Assembly: GCA_963805625.1 (NCBI GenBank) | Contig: CAWDVE010000014.1 | Coordinates: 96,001-160,000, forward strand | Direction of reading: 5' to 3' | DNA: 64,000 nucleotides | Source of the DNA: an uncultured Candidatus Rokubacteria bacterium | GTDB lineage: Bacteria; Methylomirabilota; Methylomirabilia; Rokubacteriales; DASRDR01 | Shown: positions 1-10,358 of the stretch, in pieces | How positions within the stretch are numbered: the stretch's first letter is position 1 | Layout: each line of letters begins with the position of its first letter | Translations under genes and position numbers: made by a program | Notes under the pieces: model-generated | Told to the model about the DNA's origin: nothing | Seen by the model: the letters and a program-made list of their open reading frames with translations, nothing else | Databases searched by the model: none

Positions 1-636
1 GGCCCGTCGGGCGCGGGCAAGACGACAGTCGCGAGCTTGCTCCTGCGCTTCTGGGACCCGCAGTCAGGGATTGTGCGGTTGTTTGGCCACGACCTGCGCC
101 AGTACGTCCTCGACGACCTGCGCCGGCGCATCGCGCTCGTCGCCCAGGACACGTACCTCTTCAACGATACACTCCGTGCCAACATCACGCTCGCGCGCCC
201 AGAGGCGGACGACAGGGCGCTGCGCGCCGCGATCGAGCGCGCGGTACTGAGCGAGCTGGTCGCCACCCTGCCCGACGGACTCGACACAATCGTGGGTGAG
301 CGAGGGGCGCAACTCTCGGGAGGCCAACGCCAGCGGGTGGCCATCGCGCGTGCGTTCCTGAAAGACGCGCCGGTGCTGATCCTGGACGAGGCGACGTCGC
401 ACCTCGACGCCGTGAGCGAGGCGCTGGTGCGTGAGGCCCTCGATCGGCTCGCGCGCGACCGCACCACAATTGTCATCGCCCACCGGCTCTCCACCGTGCG
501 CGACGCCGACGCGATCGTGGTCCTCGAGGGGGGCCGGGTCATGGAGACGGGGCGCCATGCGGATCTGCTCGCCGGCGGGGGCCTCTACGCCCACCTCGTC
601 GCGCGACAGCTCGCGGCAGGAGCGGCCACAGGCTGA
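1..636 (+). CDS. ABC transporter ATP-binding protein (MsbA/CydCD-type exporter), 5' end outside window
   Basis: Frame open from base 1: Walker A GPSGAGKT, signature LSGGQRQR, Walker B ILDEATS, H-loop IAHRLST. Confidence 0.93.
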   Translation, partial: GPSGAGKTTVASLLLRFWDPQSGIVRLFGHDLRQYVLDDLRRRIALVAQDTYLFNDTLRANITLARPEADDRALRAAIERAVLSELVATLPDGLDTIVGERGAQLSGGQRQRVAIARAFLKDAPVLILDEATSHLDAVSEALVREALDRLARDRTTIVIAHRLSTVRDADAIVVLEGGRVMETGRHADLLAGGGLYAHLVARQLAAGAATG

Positions 637-681
637 GATCCGGCAAGCGGCCTGGCATGGGCGGGCCGGACGAGGGCCTCC

Positions 682-741
682 CGGCTCGGCTACGCAGCGC
701 TCCTGCCGGGACAGCGGGAAGCCGTCGAGACGTTGGCCTCC
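682..741 (+). pseudogene. Possible RecQ-helicase N-terminal remnant
   Basis: Translates RLGYAALLPGQREAVETLAS, resembling the RecQ Q-motif; no continuation. Confidence 0.3.
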
Positions 742-1273
742 AAGGGGTCGACGCTCGATCTGGCGGACCCCCGCGCGCTGACTCGTAGATCTGCGACTCA
801 ACACCCGTGTTTCGACCTTGAGGGGGAGGCGAGCACGTCGAATACCGCGCCGCCCGATGGCCTCCCCTCCCTTCACACGGGCACGCTACGTTCGCAGGCG
901 AGGTCCCTTGGACCACCTCCTCGCCGGCCCGTGCTTGGTGGCTGTACAGGTGGCTGTTGGGTCCTTCCCCGGTTCGGAGTGTCCAGCAACGATGGGACTT
1001 GGCCGCGCCATCGGCGCTCTTTACCATAGCTTCGACGTAATCTTCGGTGGGTATGGGCCGACGCACCAGATGAAACTTCCCTGAATGGTCGAATTCCGTG
1101 GCGATTCTCCCGAACCGGTTGAGTGTCGGGAAACCAGCAGGATCTCTCGCAACTAGCTGAGAAAGTCGCGCCGTTTGGCACGTCTTGCATACGTGGAAAA
1201 AGGAGCGATGCATCGCTTTGATCGCAGCAGACATCAAAAGAGTCAGTCGAGACTCGACGGCACGGAGGTTCAG

Positions 1274-1498
1274 ATGAACGACTACGGAGTTCGCGGGGTG
1301 ATGCTGGATTCGGGGCTGACGGCGCTGGCCCTTCGCGGTCTGAAGCAGAAGGAAGGGCACTATCCGTTCATTGAGCGGTTCACGAAGAAGCGCCGTGCCC
1401 ACCGTCCGACCGGGCGTCGAGCGATCCAGTCGATGTTGTCGCGACTTCTCCTTCCGTTTCTCGCGTTCCTGTCGCGCTGGCAGCCGGCCTCGCGCTGA
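1274..1498 (+). CDS. Small hypothetical protein (74 aa; alternative start 1208)
   Basis: GGAGGT RBS before ATG 1274 and AAGGAG before in-frame ATG 1208; no recognisable domain. Confidence 0.4.
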   Translation: MNDYGVRGVMLDSGLTALALRGLKQKEGHYPFIERFTKKRRAHRPTGRRAIQSMLSRLLLPFLAFLSRWQPASR

Positions 1499-1659
1499 CT
1501 TCAGGCTGACCCGCGCCACAACGGGCCCGGCGGGCGGCCGCTGTGCCGGTCAGAAACGCTCATCGGCCAACCGTTGAGATCGCCTGACACGTGGCGCGAG
1601 CGTCCGGAACCACGTCCACGTCTTCTTGAGTGTGATCAGATCGCCGCGCGGATGTCAGC

Positions 1660-1909
1660 CGAGGCCTGGCCTTCCAGCGCCAGTAGAGCCGGAAGCCTTT
1701 GCGGTGCCAGGCCAGCACCGTGGCCGGTTGCACGATGACGAGACTGGACCGCCAGCTCGGCCACAGGCGTGACAGCCAGACCCAGAAGATCCGGTCCCGC
1801 TGAGCCAGACGTGGTTGGCCGGCCGACCGCTAAAGGACGAGAAGTTGATGCGGAGCGCCATGTTCTCAAGGGCGATCGCCGCTGACCCCGAGAACACGGC
1901 ACGAAGGAA
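1660..1909 (-). mobile_element. Integrase-core-type transposase N-terminal remnant (pseudogene)
   Basis: AIALENMALR, frameshift near 1850, then HQLLVL*RSAGQPRLAQRDRIFWVWLSRLWPSWRSSLVIVQPATVLAWHRKGFRLYWRWK; in-frame TAG at 1830-1832. Confidence 0.85.
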
Positions 1910-2101
1910 GGTTGACCCTACCGGATCAGCGGTGGAGACGGTGAAGAAAGTTCAGGTGGGACAGGTAGATGGGGTTATTGACCGGGACAGCCGCATTCGC
2001 ACCCTCGGGTCAGCTTGGATCGACGAAGTCCGTGCGATCGGTTACTGTCAGGATATCGCCTGGGCGCTGCCCCTCGGCCCGGGGTAGGAGAATGGGTTGC
2101 G

Positions 2102-2512
2102 ATGGCGCACTGGTTGCTGAAGTCCGAGCCCGACGATTGGTCCTGGGCCAAGCAGGTCGCGAAGGGCCGCGATGGCGCGGAGTGGACGGGCATCCGCAAC
2201 TTCTCGGCCCAGAAGCACCTGCGCGCCATGAAGAAGGGCGAGCAGGCGTTCTTCTACCATACAGGCAAAGAGCGCGCGATCGTCGGCATCGTCAAGGTGA
2301 TCGCGGAAGCGCACCCCGATTCGACCGACTCCGCTTGGCACGCCATCGACGTCGCCGCAGTCGAATCGCTCCGGACGCCGGTCGGCCTCGATCGGATCAA
2401 GGCGGACAAGCGCCTCGCCAGCATGGCCCTCGCCAGGCTGCCCCGCCTGTCGGTTCAGCCAGTGACCGACGCCGAGTGGCGGCTCATCTGCCAGATGGGG
2501 GGCCTCGGTTAA
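2102..2512 (+). CDS. EVE domain protein
   Basis: MAHWLLKSEP...WTGIRNFSAQKHLRAMKKGEQAFFYHTG...RLSVQPV, typical EVE motifs. Confidence 0.92.
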   Translation: MAHWLLKSEPDDWSWAKQVAKGRDGAEWTGIRNFSAQKHLRAMKKGEQAFFYHTGKERAIVGIVKVIAEAHPDSTDSAWHAIDVAAVESLRTPVGLDRIKADKRLASMALARLPRLSVQPVTDAEWRLICQMGGLG

Positions 2513-2595
2513 GCTACTCCGGCCGGTAGCGCGGTGGCCGCATGGCCGCAATCCGGTCGCTGGCCCGTTTCACGGACGGGACTCTGCGGGGTCTC

Positions 2596-3246
2596 ATGGA
2601 CATGAAGACCCAAGACGGCATCCTGGTTCTGGCCGACATCTCGGGATTCACGGCCTTCGTCACCGCGACCGAGCTCGAGCACGCGCCGCAGATCATCGGA
2701 ACCCTGCTGGAGGCCGTCATGCAACGGCTCTCGCCGCCGTTGGAGATCCAGGAAGTCGAAGGCGACGCGGTCTTCGCCCTGGGCCCGGACGGCGCCCTCC
2801 TGCGCCCAGCCCGGCTCCTCAACGTGCTCGACTCGGCCTTCGTGGCCTTCAAGGAGGTCCAGCGGGAGCTGGCGGCCGACGAGTCGTGCTCGTGCGGCGC
2901 GTGCCGGAGCGTCGAGAGCCTGGATCTGAAGATCGTTGCCCACCACGGCCGCTTCCTTCGCCATGCGGTCGGGGGCCGCGCCCAGGTGGCCGGGGTGGAC
3001 GTCATCCTCGCCCACCGGCTGCTCAAGAACGGGGTGACGTCGCGCGCGTACGTGCTGCTCACGGAGGCGCTGCTCGGATGGCTCGGTGTCGACCCGAGCG
3101 AGCTCGGGCTCGTCCCGCGCGTGGAGTCGTACGAGCACCTGGGCGACGTCCGCTGCTTCGTGCGCGCGCTGGACGCCCTTGCGGACGGTGAAGCTCTGAC
3201 CACTGGCGCAGAAACGGACGCGCGGGAGGTGACGGCGGCCGCCTGA
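2596..3246 (+). CDS. DUF2652 family protein (cyclase-like fold)
   Basis: LADISGFTAF, ELEHA, EVEGDAVF, CSCGAC, LDLKIVAHHG, DVILAHRLLKN. Confidence 0.88.
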   Translation: MDMKTQDGILVLADISGFTAFVTATELEHAPQIIGTLLEAVMQRLSPPLEIQEVEGDAVFALGPDGALLRPARLLNVLDSAFVAFKEVQRELAADESCSCGACRSVESLDLKIVAHHGRFLRHAVGGRAQVAGVDVILAHRLLKNGVTSRAYVLLTEALLGWLGVDPSELGLVPRVESYEHLGDVRCFVRALDALADGEALTTGAETDAREVTAAA

Positions 3247-3447
3247 TCCGCCTGTCGCTACCGCCGGCGGCCACCGGCGATCGCCGGACCTGGCGATGCG
3301 TCGCAATCTGGTCTCGCGCAGGCCCGCACGGTGGGTGAGCGCGGCAGTCAGCCGGTTGGCGACCGCGTCGAGCGTTCCCGGTTCGCTGACCCTTTCCTCT
3401 CCCCTGGTTCTCTTCCTATCGGCAGGCCAGGGATTCGGCGGGGCACC

Positions 3448-3559
3448 GATCGGCACCTTCACGCCGTCCCCAAGCCGTTCGTCTGGACGAAGACGGCGGA
3501 TGAGATCCTCGCCAGTCTGGCGCGATTTTGTTATCGGATCTCCGGGGCAGGACACTGGG
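3448..3559 (+). mobile_element. IS630-family transposase C-terminal remnant
   Basis: PKPFVWTKTADEILASLARFCYRISGAGH, a characteristic IS630 C-terminus; rest absent. Confidence 0.85.
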
Positions 3560-3577
3560 TGGTCAGCTCGTTTGATC

Positions 3578-3946
3578 TCATAGCAGCTCGACGTGCGCCT
3601 CGGTCGGCATGCCGCTGTTGACCGGCAGCATGTCTTGCGGACAGGCGGGGAACTCCACGACCGCGTCCATCTCCGCCCGGACCACGACGTACTGTCCCGG
3701 CTTCGACACCGTCGGCAGGCACTGGATCCCGTTGTCCGTGACGTACTGGGTGTTCTGGAACAGGTTGAACGGGCACGGCGTCTCCGGTGCGGTGAGCCCG
3801 AGCGCCTTCAGCGTGTTCCACAGGTTGTCGGTGCAGTTGTCGTGGTGGTCCTTCGCGCCGAGCTGGCGGTAGCGATAGATGTCGCAGGCGGCAACCAGGG
3901 TGTCGTGGACGCCGGGAGAGGTGTCTTCGCGCAGCGTGATGATCGG
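3578..3946 (-). pseudogene. Urea carboxylase-associated (DUF1989) protein, N-terminally truncated
   Basis: EDTSPGVHDTLVAACD...HDNCTDNL...PFNLFQN...SKPGQYVVVRAEMD..ACPQD; N-terminal half missing. Confidence 0.8.
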
Positions 3947-4251
3947 GTGAGTGGCCGTCCCCACGGGCCCGTTCCGCGGGCCGTGAAAGGCTGGCCGGTT
4001 GCGTGCGGCCGAGTTAGCTCCCGTGCCCGCGAGCGACGTCACGCCGGCCCGTGGGGGCAAGGGTGGTGCCAGGCGGCCCGCGTTGATGTTTTGTCAGAGG
4101 AATCGGTAGGATGGACGGGATGCTCGGGCCCCCTGACTCAGGCGCGAGACCGATCAGCCAGTGGCTGGCCAGCGGCTGCCGGCGCCCGGAAAACAGGCCA
4201 GGCGGACACCTGACCGCCGGGTCGGCGGTATCGAGGACGGGAGAGGCCATC

Positions 4252-4804
4252 GTGGACGTGGATCTTCTGGCCGAGCTCATCGGAGAGAGCCCCGCGATGG
4301 CGGCCATCCGCCAGACGCTTCAGCGTCTCCTGGCCGCCGAGATCCGGACTCGGCGCGGTCGCGCACGACCGGGCGCGATACGCCTCGGCCGAGGCGTGCT
4401 TCTCGGAGGCGCTGCCGGCCTGGCGCGAGGTCGGTGATCAGGAGGGTCTCGCGCTCGCCCTCAACAACCTGGGACGTACGCGAGGGTTCCAGGGAGACTA
4501 CGAGCAGGCCGCGACCCTGGGCCATGAGAGCCTCGAGCTCTTCCGAGCCATCGATCACGCCTGGGGCATCGCCCGGGCGCTCAACAGCCTGGCCAACACG
4601 GCCCACTACCAGGGCAATGTGACGGGGGCGCGGCCGCTGTACGAAGGACTCCGGCTAGCGCCGTCCCGCGCCGGAGGCAGGACCCTAGTCTCGGAGTCTG
4701 TCCGAGTAGCCGCCCCAGGGGCTGGCCGCGCAGGGGCAACGCCTCGAACACCTCAACGCGGCCGTCTTGCTGAACCGAGCACGCCAGCCGGAGGACAGCC
4801 ATGA
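4252..4804 (+). pseudogene. Internally deleted sigma54-activator/TPR regulator remnant
   Basis: VDLLAELIGESPAMAAIRQTLQRLL (paralogous to the start of the 10001 gene) joined out of frame to TPR repeats (GDQEGLALALNNLG...GIARALNSLA). Confidence 0.7.
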
Positions 4805-5614
4805 GACAAGCCGTTTCAGGGTTGCGATTCGGGACCGCTCGCCTCGCGAGCCGGCCCGCAGCTCCACTACGCAGAGCAGGGCAATTCCGATGGAGAGGCC
4901 ATCATCTTCCTCCACGGGTGGCCCGACTCCTGGTTCTCGTACAGCAGGGTCCTGCCGCTATTGCCCGTGCGCTACCACGCATTCGCCCCGGACCAGCGCG
5001 GGTTCGGCGACTCGGATCGTCCCGACGGCGGCTACGGGATCGACGACCTGGCCACCGACGCCGTCGCCCTTCTCGACGCGGTCGGCATCGAGCGCGCGAC
5101 CGTGGTGGGGCACTCGCTGGGAAGCTTCATCGCTCGACGGGTTGCCGTGGCTCATCCCGAACGAGTCGCTCGGCTCGTGCTGATCGACAGTGGTCTGCCG
5201 CCGACGAACCCGGTGACGCGAGAGATCCAGGCGTCCTTGCGGGATCTTGCCGATTCTGTCCCGGTGGAGTTCACCCGCGCGTTCCAGGCCGGCACCGCCT
5301 ATGTTCCGCTCCCTGAAGCGTTCTTCGAGGGGATCGTGGCCGAAAGCCTCAAGGCGCCGGCCCGCGTCTGGCGCGACGTGTTCGCGGGCCTGCTCGCCTA
5401 CGAGGACGCCCAGCAGCTCAGTCGGATCACCGCGCCAACCCTCATCCTGTGGGGTGACCGAGACGCACTGTTCCCGAGGAACGATCAGGAGCTTCTCGTG
5501 GCGGCAATCCCCGGCGCCCGGCTCAAGATCTACCAGGAAACCGGGCACTGCCCGAACTGGGAACGCCCCGAGCAGGTCGTCGCCGACCTCGACGCCTTCG
5601 TGCAAGAGACGTGA
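4801..5614 (+). CDS. Alpha/beta hydrolase, frameshifted near 4850
   Basis: MRQAVSGLRFGTARLAS, shift, then PQLHYAEQG..IIFLHGWPDSW; GHSLG nucleophile elbow; GHCPNWE catalytic His. Confidence 0.8.
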
Positions 5615-5649
5615 TCGCCCGAGGACTTGCGGACCTGACGATCCGGCCA

Positions 5650-5725
5650 TGATCCAACCCGAAACCCGCTTCACTGCCAGCAACGATCGCGTCGCCTACC
5701 CGGTCACGGGCGATGGGCCGGCTCT
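5650..5725 (+). pseudogene. N-terminal remnant of a hydrolase-cyclase type protein
   Basis: MIQPETRFTASNDRVAYPVTGDGP resembles the PETRYAxSGDxxIAYQVxGxGP start; truncated. Confidence 0.45.
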
Positions 5726-5729
5726 GCGC

Positions 5730-8700
5730 CTATGCCGGCCCCGCCACCTCGTACACCCGTCGGACCGCCGGGGCCTGCTCGAGACTCGTGCGGAGCCCCG
5801 GGTCTCTCAGGCTCCCCTTGACGCGGTCGAGCACGTCACGCGCCGCGCGGTAGGCCTCTCCGGCCAGGTCATGCCGCTGCCGCGCCATGTGGAGCTCTCC
5901 CAGGGCCGCGCGCGTCACCCAGAGCTGCGTGGGGTTGCTCGATCGCCTCGGCGATGGCCAGGGAATGGCGAAATGCCGTCTCGGCATCGTCCAGCTGTCG
6001 GCGGGCAAGGGCGATCTGGCCTCGAAGGCGCCACCCCTTCGCCAGATTCTTCCGCGAGTTCGTGCGCGTCGCGAGCTCCAGGCAGCGGTCGGCAAACTCC
6101 GTCGCCCGCGCGGGGTCGCCGCGGACCAGCCCGAGCTCGCCCAGGCCCGCGAAGAGCCGCATCGCGTAGCGCCAGCGCATCCACTGGCTCGTCTTCGGAT
6201 TCCCCCAGTACCGATACGCACTCTCGAAGCACTCCGCGGCCTCGGCCACATCGCCCCTCGCGAGGTAGATCTCCCCCAGGTTGATCTCGGCGTTCGGGAG
6301 CGTTCCGGGGTCGTTCCGCCGCCGACCCACCTCGGCGCTCCGGTGATTGAGCTCGAGGGCACCCGTCCAGATCCCCCAGCTCCGCGTGCAGCCACCCGAG
6401 GCAGTTGAGCAGGCGGTGGTGGATCGCCTCGTCGCCGACCTTTTCGGCCAGGCTCAGTCCCTCTCGGAATAGGGTCAGGGCTGCCTCGTAGTCGCCCTTG
6501 CCGGTCAGGGTGATCCCGTAGAGAAAGAAGTTGAACAGCAGCGGGACGAGGAGGTGATGCTCCCGGGCCAGGACCAGGCCTTCGGCCTGGACCTTCGACG
6601 CCGCGTCGTACTCCCCTTCCCAGTTCTTCAGTAGGCCCGCGACTGACAGTGACAGCGACCGGGAGGCCCTCTCGCCGCTCGATTGACTGGTCACGAGCGC
6701 CCGGTCAATCGCGCCCCTGGCCTCGTCGAGACCGCCGCTCACCGCGCGCACGAACCCGATCGTGAAGTGATGAGAGGGCCACCGTGTCGCCACCGCCCGC
6801 TCCCGCCACCTCGATCGCCTCTCGCGCGCGCGCGACGGCCCCGTCGAGGTCGCGCGCCCACATCGCCGCCCAGGCGATCGCCGCCAGGGCCTTGCCCTCC
6901 CGCGCCCGATCTCCGATCTGGCGCGCGAGGAGCACGACTCGCTCGGCCTCGGCTCGGGACCGGTCGAACTCGCTCAGGACGAAGTACAGCCCGGACCTCG
7001 CCTGGTGGATCTCGATCACGGTCGGCAGATCCGCGGGTCCGGCCAGCCGGTCGACGGCTTCGAGGGCGTGATCGTAGAGGATGAGCGCCTCCCGGATGGC
7101 AAACGCGCTCGCGGCCTTCTCGGCCGCCCTGACGAGGTACGTGAGCGCCTTGGGCCACTCCTCGGCCTTCGAGAAGTGGTGGGCCAGGATCTCGTCCTGC
7201 CCGGGCACGCGGTCAGCGTCGAGGGATTCGATCGCGAGCGCGATCCGGCGATGAAGGTCCGCCCGCCGCTCGGGCGTGAGCGCCCCGTAGGCCACGTCGT
7301 GCGTCAGTGCGTGGGTGAACGTGTACGTGAGCTCGGGGAAGGGGCTCTTCTCGTGGACGAGCTCGGCGGCCTTCAGCTCGCGCAGCGCCTGCTCGCTTCC
7401 CTCTGCGGACTCGCCGACACGATCGAGGAGCCCTCGGCTGAACTCGCGGCCGATCACCGACGCCACCTCGAGGACCTGTCGCGAGGCGTCACTCACCTTC
7501 TGAATGCGCGCCCGGATCACCTCCTCGATGGTGGCCGGCACGACGAGCGCATCGAGATCGCGCGCCACGACCAGCCGGTCCCCCTCCCGACGCACCACCC
7601 CAGCCTCCTGGAACGAGCGGAGCACCTCCTCCACGAAGAAGGGGTTCCCTTCCGTCCGGCGGACGAGCAGCGCCTGCAGGGTCTCCGGGAGCTCGCTGGC
7701 CGACAGCAGCCCGAGCGCCATCGTCACGCTGTCCGCCGGCGACAGGGCCGCCAGGGTGAGCCGCGTGTGGAACAAGCGGTCGCTGATGGGCGGCGCATAG
7801 CCGGGCCGGTACGTCAGGATCATGAGGCTCCGGTGGGCCGCGAGACTGTCGGCCAGCGCCGCGATGAACTCCTCCGTCGCCCGGTCCACCCAGTGCAGGT
7901 CCTCCCACACGACGACGATCGGCCGGCGCTCGGCGGCGCGGACGAATTGCCGCCGCATCGCCTCGAAGATCTCCGCCCGCCGGAGCTTCGGGTCCAGCTG
8001 GAGGACCCGCGGGTCGCCGGGATCGACCGACAGGAGATAGCGCACGAACGGGAGCGTGGACTGGAGATCCTCGCCCAGCTGGAGGACCGCCCGCTCGATC
8101 TTCTCGATGATGACCGCGTGCGGGTCACCCTCGTCGATCCTGAACGCGCGCCGGAGGAGGTTGATGAGCGGGTGGAACGGGATCGTGTGGGCAAAGGACA
8201 GGGCTTGCCCCTCGAACCACGTCGCGCCTTGGCGGACGTGACGCCGGAGCTCCCGGAGGAGCCGGGACTTGCCGATCCCCGGCTCCCCCACGATGGACAC
8301 GACCTGCCCGTGACCCGCCTGCGCCTGGTCGAGACGCTCGCGTAGCAGCCCCAGCTCGGCCTGCCGGCCGACGAAGCCGGTGAGCCCGTGCTCGACGTCC
8401 CGCGCACCCACGAGCCGATGCACGCCGGCCGGCGGTCCGGTCACGGCACCGACCGGCACCAGCTCGAAACGCCGGGCCAGGAGGGTCGCTGCCTGAGGGC
8501 TCACCACCACGGTGCCCGCCTCGGCCGGCTCCCCCAGTGCCTCCAGGACAGCCCGGGCCAGACGCTTGGCGTCCCCATCGACAGCCAGTCCCTCGCGATG
8601 TCGACCCACCTTCGCCAGCTCGGTGTGAAGCGCCAGGGTCACGACCGGGCGTGCCGGGTTCTCCTGATGCCCTCTCGCCGCGACCGTCTGGATCGCGATC

Positions 8701-10001
8701 GCAGCAAAGGCCGCGTGCTCGAGGGCGTCCTCCACCGGCTCGAGGCCGAAGGCTGCGATCAATCCCGTCGGGCTGAGCTCGTCCACGACCCCCCCGAAGC
8801 TCCGGACCTTGTCGACGATGACCTCCATGGCCCGGCTGAGATCGGACGACCTCGGTTCCCCTCCGGAGGACAGGAGCCGCGCCCGCAGGAAGGTCACGCG
8901 ACGCGGCTCCCAGCGGACGCCCGACGGCGCAGGACTCTCGGGGGGCGCGGAGGCCAGCGCGGGCTCTGGAGCTTCGGCCGGCGCGGCCGTGGCGCCGAGC
9001 CCTGGGTCGCGCGGAGCCGGGCTGCCGGAGCTGAGCCCGTACTTCTCCATGCGGTAGCGCAGGGTGTTCCGGGGGACCCCCAGCTGGGCGGCCGCCTGCG
9101 AGATGTTCCACTTGACCGCGCGGAGCACGGTGAGGAGACGACCCCGTTCCGCCTCCGTGTCCGTCTCCTTCGCCGCGCGCCGCTCCTCGGCGGCGCCTGG
9201 CCCCATCGCGACAAGGCCGCGGGGTGACCGCAACCCGAGAATCCCCGGAGTCACGGCGGTCCCCTCCGCAAGCAGCGCCACCCGTTCCATCACGTTGCCC
9301 AGCTCCCGCACATTCCCGGGCCACGGGTAGCCACGCAGGGTAGCCCGGGCCTCTCCGGTCAGGGTCTTGAGCGGCAGCCCGTAGTCCTCACAGGCGCGCC
9401 TGAGAAAGTGCTCGGCCAGGCGGAGGATGTCTTCGTCCCGCTCCCGGAGCGGTGGCAGCCTGAGCGTGACGACGGCCAGCCGGTGGTAGAGGTCCTGGCG
9501 GAAGCGCCGAGCGCGGACGGCCGCCTCCAGGTCCTCGCTTGTCGCGGCCACGAGCCACACGTCCACCGCCTCGCTCCGCGTGCTCCCCAGCCGCCGCACG
9601 GTCTGCTCCTCCAGCACCTTCAGGAGCTTCGCCTGTAGGCCCTCCGGTAGGAGCCCTATCTCGTCGAGGAACAGCGTCCCCCGGTGTGCCGCCTGGAAGA
9701 GCCCCGCCTTGGCGTGCCGGGCGTCCGTGAACGCCCCCCGCTCGAACCCGAACAGCTCCGCCTCGAGGAGCGTCTCGGGGATGGCGGCGCAGTTGAGGTC
9801 GACGAACGGGCCCGCGGCCCGAGGGCCGGCCCGGTGAATCGCCCCCGCGAGCAGGCCCTTGCCGGTCCCGGTCTCCCCGAGGACGAGGATCGGCGGCAGG
9901 CGCCGCGCGCCCCCGGCCTGTCGCTGGAGGAGACGCCCTACCTGCTCCCGGACCGCCACGATGCCGGGGCTCTCACCAAACAGCTCGGCGAGGGGTGCCA
10001 C
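5730..10001 (-). CDS. Sigma54-dependent activator (AAA+, Fis-HTH) fused to a degenerate cyclase domain, STAND ATPase and TPR tail; three frameshifts in the TPR tail
   Basis: GETGTGKG, GAFTDA, LFLDEIG, WPGNVREL, HTH NISQAAAQLGVPRNTLRYRM, second P-loop GEPGIGKS; TPR reading continues across shifts near 6790, 6360 and 5930 to the stop at 5730. Confidence 0.85.
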
Positions 10002-10025
10002 GCCCCAATCCTATCGCGACCCTCC

Positions 10026-10063
10026 GGTGTCGAAAACTGCCGAATCGGGCAGGCTTCGACACC
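10026..10063. promoter_or_regulatory. Candidate upstream activating sequence (inverted repeat)
   Basis: GGTGTCGAA-N20-TTCGACACC perfect 9-bp arms; a third half-site TTTCGACAC at 10108-10116. Confidence 0.55.
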
Positions 10064-10116
10064 TGCCACCACGTCAAACCGTCCGGCAAGTTCCTGATTT
10101 TCCCCACTTTCGACAC

Positions 10117-10131
10117 TGGCACCTCGGTTGC
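10117..10131 (+). promoter_or_regulatory. Sigma54 -24/-12 promoter for the mtoX unit
   Basis: TGGCAC-CTCGG-TTGC with exact GG-N10-GC spacing, next to a divergent sigma54 activator. Confidence 0.85.
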
Positions 10132-10193
10132 CCTCTGGGAGGGGCAACGACGGGGCCCCGGCAGACCTCAGCCGGGAGCGAAAGGAGCAAGCC

Positions 10194-10358
10194 ATGCACA
10201 ACGGGGAACGACGCGCCGACCGACTGCTGGGCTACCTCGGTCTACTCGTCATCGGTGCCCTGGGTTGGGCTGCCGACCACGTCCGCCTCGGGCCGACAGC
10301 GCCCGAGAGGACCGCCCACCCCCACATCACACACGCCTCAGGGAGGGCTCGCGCATGA
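10194..10358 (+). CDS. Small single-TM hypothetical protein (54 aa)
   Basis: AAAGGAG RBS; hydrophobic LLGYLGLLVIGALGW; stop overlaps the mtoX start (ATGA). Confidence 0.55.
   Translation: MHNGERRADRLLGYLGLLVIGALGWAADHVRLGPTAPERTAHPHITHASGRARA

Noticed and set aside
1176-1189. Sigma54-like TGGCAC-GTC-TTGCA
   Set aside because: GG-to-GC spacing is 8 nt instead of the required 10
5730-6800. Programmed ribosomal frameshifting
   Set aside because: Three separate shifts without evident slippery heptamers; decay or sequencing indels are simpler
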